NCBI GenBank assembly: GCA_043228905.1
Contig: JBHGNT010000957.1
Coordinates: 1-13,400, forward strand
DNA length: 13,400 nt
Reading direction: 5' to 3'
Source of the DNA: Azolla caroliniana
Taxonomy: Eukaryota; Plantae; Polypodiophyta
This document shows positions 9,483 to 13,400 of the stretch, piece by piece. The notes beneath the pieces were generated by a model, which was given only the letters and a program-made list of their open reading frames with translations, was not told where the DNA came from and searched no databases. A program made the translations under genes and the position numbers. Position 1 is the first letter of the stretch. Each line of letters begins with the position of its first letter.

Positions 9483-10436
9483 TGTTAGACGAAGTTGAGC
9501 AGGAGAAATATACATTGTTGGAGTCCCTCCACCAATTGCAAATCTCCTCAACACTAGAACTCGAACAACAGTGTGACCGATATCTATAGGAGTTAGCCCA
9601 TAATTCGGATCGACTCTTTTGACGCTATGATTACGTACAAAGGAAATGGAAGAAAAGCTCACCGGAGTTACCATATCGTGGGAGATCCTCAAAGCCAAGC
9701 ACGAACAGGACACCGCGACAGCTAAAGAAGAAATGGACACCCTCCGAGCCAAATATGAAATGGGCGAAACCCACGTGAAGGAATATGTGCCGAAGCACAG
9801 GCTAAAGCTCAATAAAAAAGTCGAAGCTGCACTAGCTCACAGATGGAACGAATGAGCGGCTCAAGAAGCCGAATTACAGATCTTCCGAGCTGATGCCGAA
9901 AATCAAAGAAAAGAGGGCAGCGGTTTTAACAATATAAAGGATAATAGCAAGGAATTCCATGAAGACCTCACCAAGGAATTCCAAGCTCTAGCCAAAACAC
10001 ACACCACGGCCATTGGAAACCTCCTCAAGGAGTTTAAGGATGATCAACTACTGAACATGATCGAAACAGAAGGTTATGAATGTTGCGCCTCCAAGCCGAA
10101 AAGGAAGTAGAAGCCATGACACAGGCCTTAGTAGCAACCCAGAAGGGGATAGAAGAAGCAACCTAGGAGCCGAAAGAAGAAGAGGCGACATGCCCCCAAC
10201 CGGAGATGGCACAAGTGGTTGAACAAATCACGGAGACAAAGTGGGAGGAAGGGGCTATAAAAGTCATGGTAGAATTTAGAGACCAACAACTCGATTTGTC
10301 AGCCGACCTAACACAGGAGGAGGCAACTCAAGGGCCGATAGAGCAAACCGAAGCCCCTGCAAGTACAGAACAAAGGGCCGATTTGACGGTCGATCTCACA
10401 CGAGGGAGTCAGAGCAACCTGAGGGTATCATATTAA
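9483..10436 (+). pseudogene. Element G: decayed acidic, coiled-coil-like accessory ORF (~315 codons visible, 5'-truncated), product unknown
   Basis: ORF-track pieces (tail of 9365-9589, 9646-9855, 10206-10436) and the stop-free stretch 9856-10107 join through about 2 frameshifts and a few TAG/TGA stops into one E/K/Q/A/L-rich reading. No gag/pol motif is recognisable. It lies ~110 bp upstream of an LTR. Confidence 0.65.
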
Positions 10437-10546
10437 TTTTGGAAGAAGAGTGAGTGTACAAGCAATTTTTGGGTCTTTTCTCAATTTCACGATATCGATT
10501 TTTTATTTGATATTGAGTGATTTTTTGGGTTCGACATGCAAGGCAC

Positions 10547-11025
10547 TGTCCCACGGGCATGCCAGGTGTTATCCGTGGGACAAAGGGCACGAGGTGTGAA
10601 ACGAATCTAAAGAGATGAGTAGGTCGAGTAAGTAAAAAGGGAATCGAGTGAGCACTCATAGCTGAGGAAGTAGTTGAAGCGCGCCAAGGAGAGAATAGGC
10701 TATATAAATCGTGGAACAATAGAAGGAAACGGGGGAATATATATGCATATTTTATGATATAAGAGAAGAGTCACTAATATAATCGGCATGCGTTGCCTTG
10801 TAATTGATTTTATTCCATAATCAATACATATACTTAGTGGGTCACCTTTGTGTCTATTCTGTTGATTCGGCTATTCTTAAATCGTAAGTAGAATACCGGT
10901 TGTGGCTGGTTATTGTGTAACTGATCGGCCTACTGAGCCCTATCGTACTCTCCTACTTAACCACAATCCCTTGACCCGATTACTCAAGGGGGAGTAATTG
11001 AAGGTGTATCCTTGAGAAGGAGACA
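10547..11025 (+). mobile_element. Element G: probable 3' LTR (~480 bp)
   Basis: TGTCCC...GGAGACA termini and TATATAAA at 10701-10708. Gag homology of H begins immediately after 11025. The flanks GGCAC/ATAGT differ, so it is not a solo LTR. The PPT upstream is poor. Confidence 0.7.
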
Positions 11026-11546
11026 ATAGTCTTCAAGCTCGATCCCGATGGCCATTCGCTCCTTCCGATCGATCGACTTTATGAACAACAAGATGTTATC
11101 CATCCCCACCAGTCTTTGTTCCCACTACAAGAGCAGAGCAAAGCGCCACTCAAACTCTAGGAACGCCTTCGTTGTGTCTCGGTGGGCCTTCGCCAACGCT
11201 ACCCAATGGTCAAAATCGCACCGACTCCAACTTTTTGGCTTCCTGCCTCTGTATGCCTGTAAGAGTGCCTCTCCGAAGGCCTCCCACAAACTATGAGCTT
11301 CTTTGAGCTCCTTTACTCCCTCGTGCTTCCGGACGGCAACCACCCGACAAAAATATTCCAGCCTCAATGCCTCATCTACATTCCTCACTGCCATTTCTGC
11401 ATTGCAGGCTTCCAAATAGAATGGGACTCTGTCACCATTGAAACGGCCGACTCGACAACTTGTTGTGCCACCGCTCGTCTCATCATCGATTGTCTGAACT
11501 CCAACACTACCTTCGCCATTATCTCCGCGAAGTCATCGTCTTCCAT
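11026..11546 (-). pseudogene. gag: Element H: N-terminal part of a Ty3/Gypsy-type gag, interrupted by G
   Basis: The minus strand from ATG 11546 reads MEDDDFAEIMAKVVLEFRQSMMRRAVAQQVVE, then a frameshift to VGRFNGDRVPFYLEACNAEM..LRLEYFCRVV..WEAFGEALLQAY..FLEFEWRFALL*..LLFIKSIDRKER. The pattern FxG...W..F...L....Y fits a retrotransposon capsid, and it lies just downstream of an LTR. Confidence 0.75.
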
Positions 11547-11613
11547 CTACGTCCTCCCTTGTCGCCCCTTCAGGTCAAGTTCACCAAAGATGTCGCGAAA
11601 ATCCGCAAGTACA

Positions 11614-12444
11614 TGTAGGATCAAGGGCGGGACCACTAGGGTCTTGGACCTGAGAGAGACAGAGGATGAAAGCCGAGCTTCATTAGTCCTGACGACCGAC
11701 TACGACACCGACTAGAGCATTTCCGGATATGTACTGGAACCAACCGAACGAGAGAGATAGAAAACACGCACACAATGCTTACATAAGAGACACTTCTTAT
11801 GTACAGAAACACCTTTGACACCGATAGAGACAGATAAAGACAACCCTTTGTATATATTTTTGTACAGAATAGTAGAATACAACTTTGGCTTTGAGCCAGT
11901 GCAAGCAGACAAGAGTACAATAACCTTCTGCGGGCAAGTCTCCAATCGGGGCGCTCTCGGGATTGTCGTGTCGAATGGGGTCCTTGAGGAGAAGACAATG
12001 CAGAATCGGAACCTTTAGAGCATGGGAGCTCTAGCCAGTGCAGAACCGAAACCCTGAACCCTGACAGACCGAAAAACGAACAACAAACTAGGTCGCAAAC
12101 TAAAAAATGGGGAATCCCGAAATAGGAGGCTCTCCCCTCCTTTTATACCCCAAGGCGGGAGATACGTTACAAGTTGGTCAAATACTCCTTATTTTTAGAG
12201 GAAATACCTGCCTTGATTTCCGGGGAGGTATATTAAACACCCTCACTTTCATAGCCCCACTACGTATGCAAGTGCACTAATGTACACATGACCCTTATTC
12301 CTCACTAACTCCCGTGCACATTAGCACCCTTACAATTTCCCTTTTATTTCTATTTACATTTTTCCCAATGTACATGTGCAATGTTGCACATAGCCAACTT
12401 TGCTCGCTCAACGCGATTTTCTCACCATTGCCGGAAATCCTCAC
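11614..12444 (-). mobile_element. Element H: probable 5' LTR on the minus strand (boundaries approximate)
   Basis: Minus-strand TATAAAAGG at 12147-12139, followed by a T/G-rich R-U5 (11740-11900). Candidate termini are (C)GTGAGGAT at 12444 and ATCCTACA ending at 11614. An alternative inner boundary is ~11637, with TGGTCCCGCCC (11635-11625) as the PBS. Confidence 0.55.
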
Positions 12445-12493
12445 GAGAACACGTGTGCGTGCTACTCCAGCACAACCTCGAGGATCATAGACT

Positions 12494-12515
12494 AGGGAGG
12501 TGGAAAGAAGGGGAA
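12494..12515 (+). other. Polypurine tract of element I
   Basis: AGGGAGGTGGAAAGAAGGGGAA (21 of 22 purines) immediately before TGTCA at 12516. Confidence 0.8.
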
Positions 12516-12599
12516 TGTCAAAGACTGTCACTTGTCGGAGAAACTAGTCAAACAAGATTGTCGAATGTTCTTTAGGTGGCCTTTGTTCTTCCATCTTTG

Positions 12600-12878
12600 T
12601 TAGTTATCGACTTTTTCCTCAGTCGTCGATCTTTCTCGTTCGTCGACCTTCCCACTTGTTGACTTTTAGTAGTTGTCGATCGTTCTCACTCATCAACCTT
12701 TCTTACTCCTTGACATTTCTGCTCATCGTCGTTTCCTTTCGTCGACCTTTCCCACTAGCAGTCATCAACCTTTTTTTACTTGTCAACCTTTCCCGCTCGT
12801 CGATCTTTCTCATGTGTTCACCTTTCCCACTCGTCAACCTTTGGGTTTGTCAACCTTTACTTGTTGACGTTTACTCGT
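12600..12878. repeat. Degenerate ~17-bp tandem array (consensus ~TCGTCGACCTTTCCCAC) in U3 of LTR I
   Basis: Roughly 15 imperfect copies with a GTCGAC/GTCAAC/GTTGAC/ATCAAC core followed by CTTTCCCAC-like tails. Confidence 0.85.
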
Positions 12879-13194
12879 AAAAAAATGCTTCTCAACATGA
12901 ATAACAGGGGACCAATGTTGGCCTTCATGTAATAGGGATGGTTCAAAATGAAATGGATTAACCTTCTAGATAGATTAGGACCAATGGCAAGGGATTACAA
13001 TAGTTTCTCACTTTAAATATTAACAAAGGGACATTCCTTCTTCCTCCCTATAAAAGGATGAAGGCAGGACTCATTTCTTCTTCTTCTTCATTTTTTGTTT
13101 TCTTGGGGCTTTACTTGCGAGTTTCTTCCTTAAGTCTTCTCTTCCATCCCTTCTTCCTCCCACTGTTCATTGTTCTGCCATCATGTTCGTTGCT

Positions 13195-13395
13195 TGGTGT
13201 TGGTGTGATTAGTGCTCGTCATTGGTGTTCGGTGGTCTCATGCTTGATTGTTTGGTGCTCGGTGGTCGCATGCTCCTATGTTTGGTGCTCCTTGTTCATG
13301 TGCTCATGCTCATTGTGTTTGGTGCTTGTTAGTTCGGTGTTCACGTGTTCGTGTGCTTGTGCTCATCATGTTCGTTGTGAGTGCTCAATTGTTTG
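13195..13395. repeat. Low-complexity degenerate repeat (TGTTTGGTGCTC/CATGCTC units) in LTR I
   Basis: TGGTGTTCGGTGGTCTCATGCT and TGGTGCTCGGTGGTCGCATGCT are tandem copies, with several TGTTTGGTGCT repeats. Confidence 0.7.
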
Positions 13396-13400
13396 ATGTT

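Larger units (their letters stand above)
12516..13400 (+). mobile_element. Element I: 3' LTR, running off the right edge
   Basis: It starts with TG directly after a PPT and has a U3 tandem array, CCTATAAAAGG at 13047-13057, and a pyrimidine-rich then TG-rich R/U5. Confidence 0.75.

Noticed and set aside
9483-9495. TGTTAGA as the start of another nested LTR
   Set aside because: The following ~950 bp is coding-like, with no TATA, PBS or matching terminus. A TSD check against 11026-11030 (ATAGT vs ACAAA) fails.
11780-11803. 9-bp hairpin TACATAAGA-6-TCTTATGTA as a terminator or miRNA
   Set aside because: It is short, AT-rich and inside an LTR, too small for a miRNA precursor.
13058-13396. Hydrophobic 112-aa ORF as a membrane or env-like protein (similarly 639-917)
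   Set aside because: It is a translation of T/G-rich low-complexity LTR sequence, and its ATG lies only a few bases after the TATA box, upstream of any plausible transcription start.

Overview
This is eukaryotic, very probably land-plant, repeat DNA. Essentially the whole 13.4 kb is a pile-up of about nine decayed, nested LTR-retrotransposon pieces, and I see no host gene, RNA gene, CRISPR array or intact ORF. From left to right: (B) a minus-strand Copia-type LTR (<1-1556) is split by (C) a 1.2 kb solo LTR (83-1285, TG..CA, 4-bp ACGT duplication). (A) A Ty3/Gypsy pol pseudogene (RT-RNaseH-INT, 1557-3674) follows. (D) An LTR U3 fragment (3675-3916) is interrupted by (E) a Ty1/Copia element (LTR 3917-4449, tRNA-iMet PBS, gag-PR-INT), which is interrupted by (F) a second Copia element (LTR 6398-6919, gag-PR-INT-RT). 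There is an abrupt junction at 9482/9483 to (G) a decayed acidic coiled-coil extra ORF plus an LTR (10547-11025). G sits in (H) a minus-strand Gypsy gag and 5' LTR, and H sits in (I) the PPT and 3' LTR end of another element. I found no convincing novel biological system. The most interesting items are the unassigned accessory ORF of G, the nest-fusing junction, the leaderless gag of F and the 4-bp-TSD solo LTR. All calls were made by eye from motifs; no database search was run.
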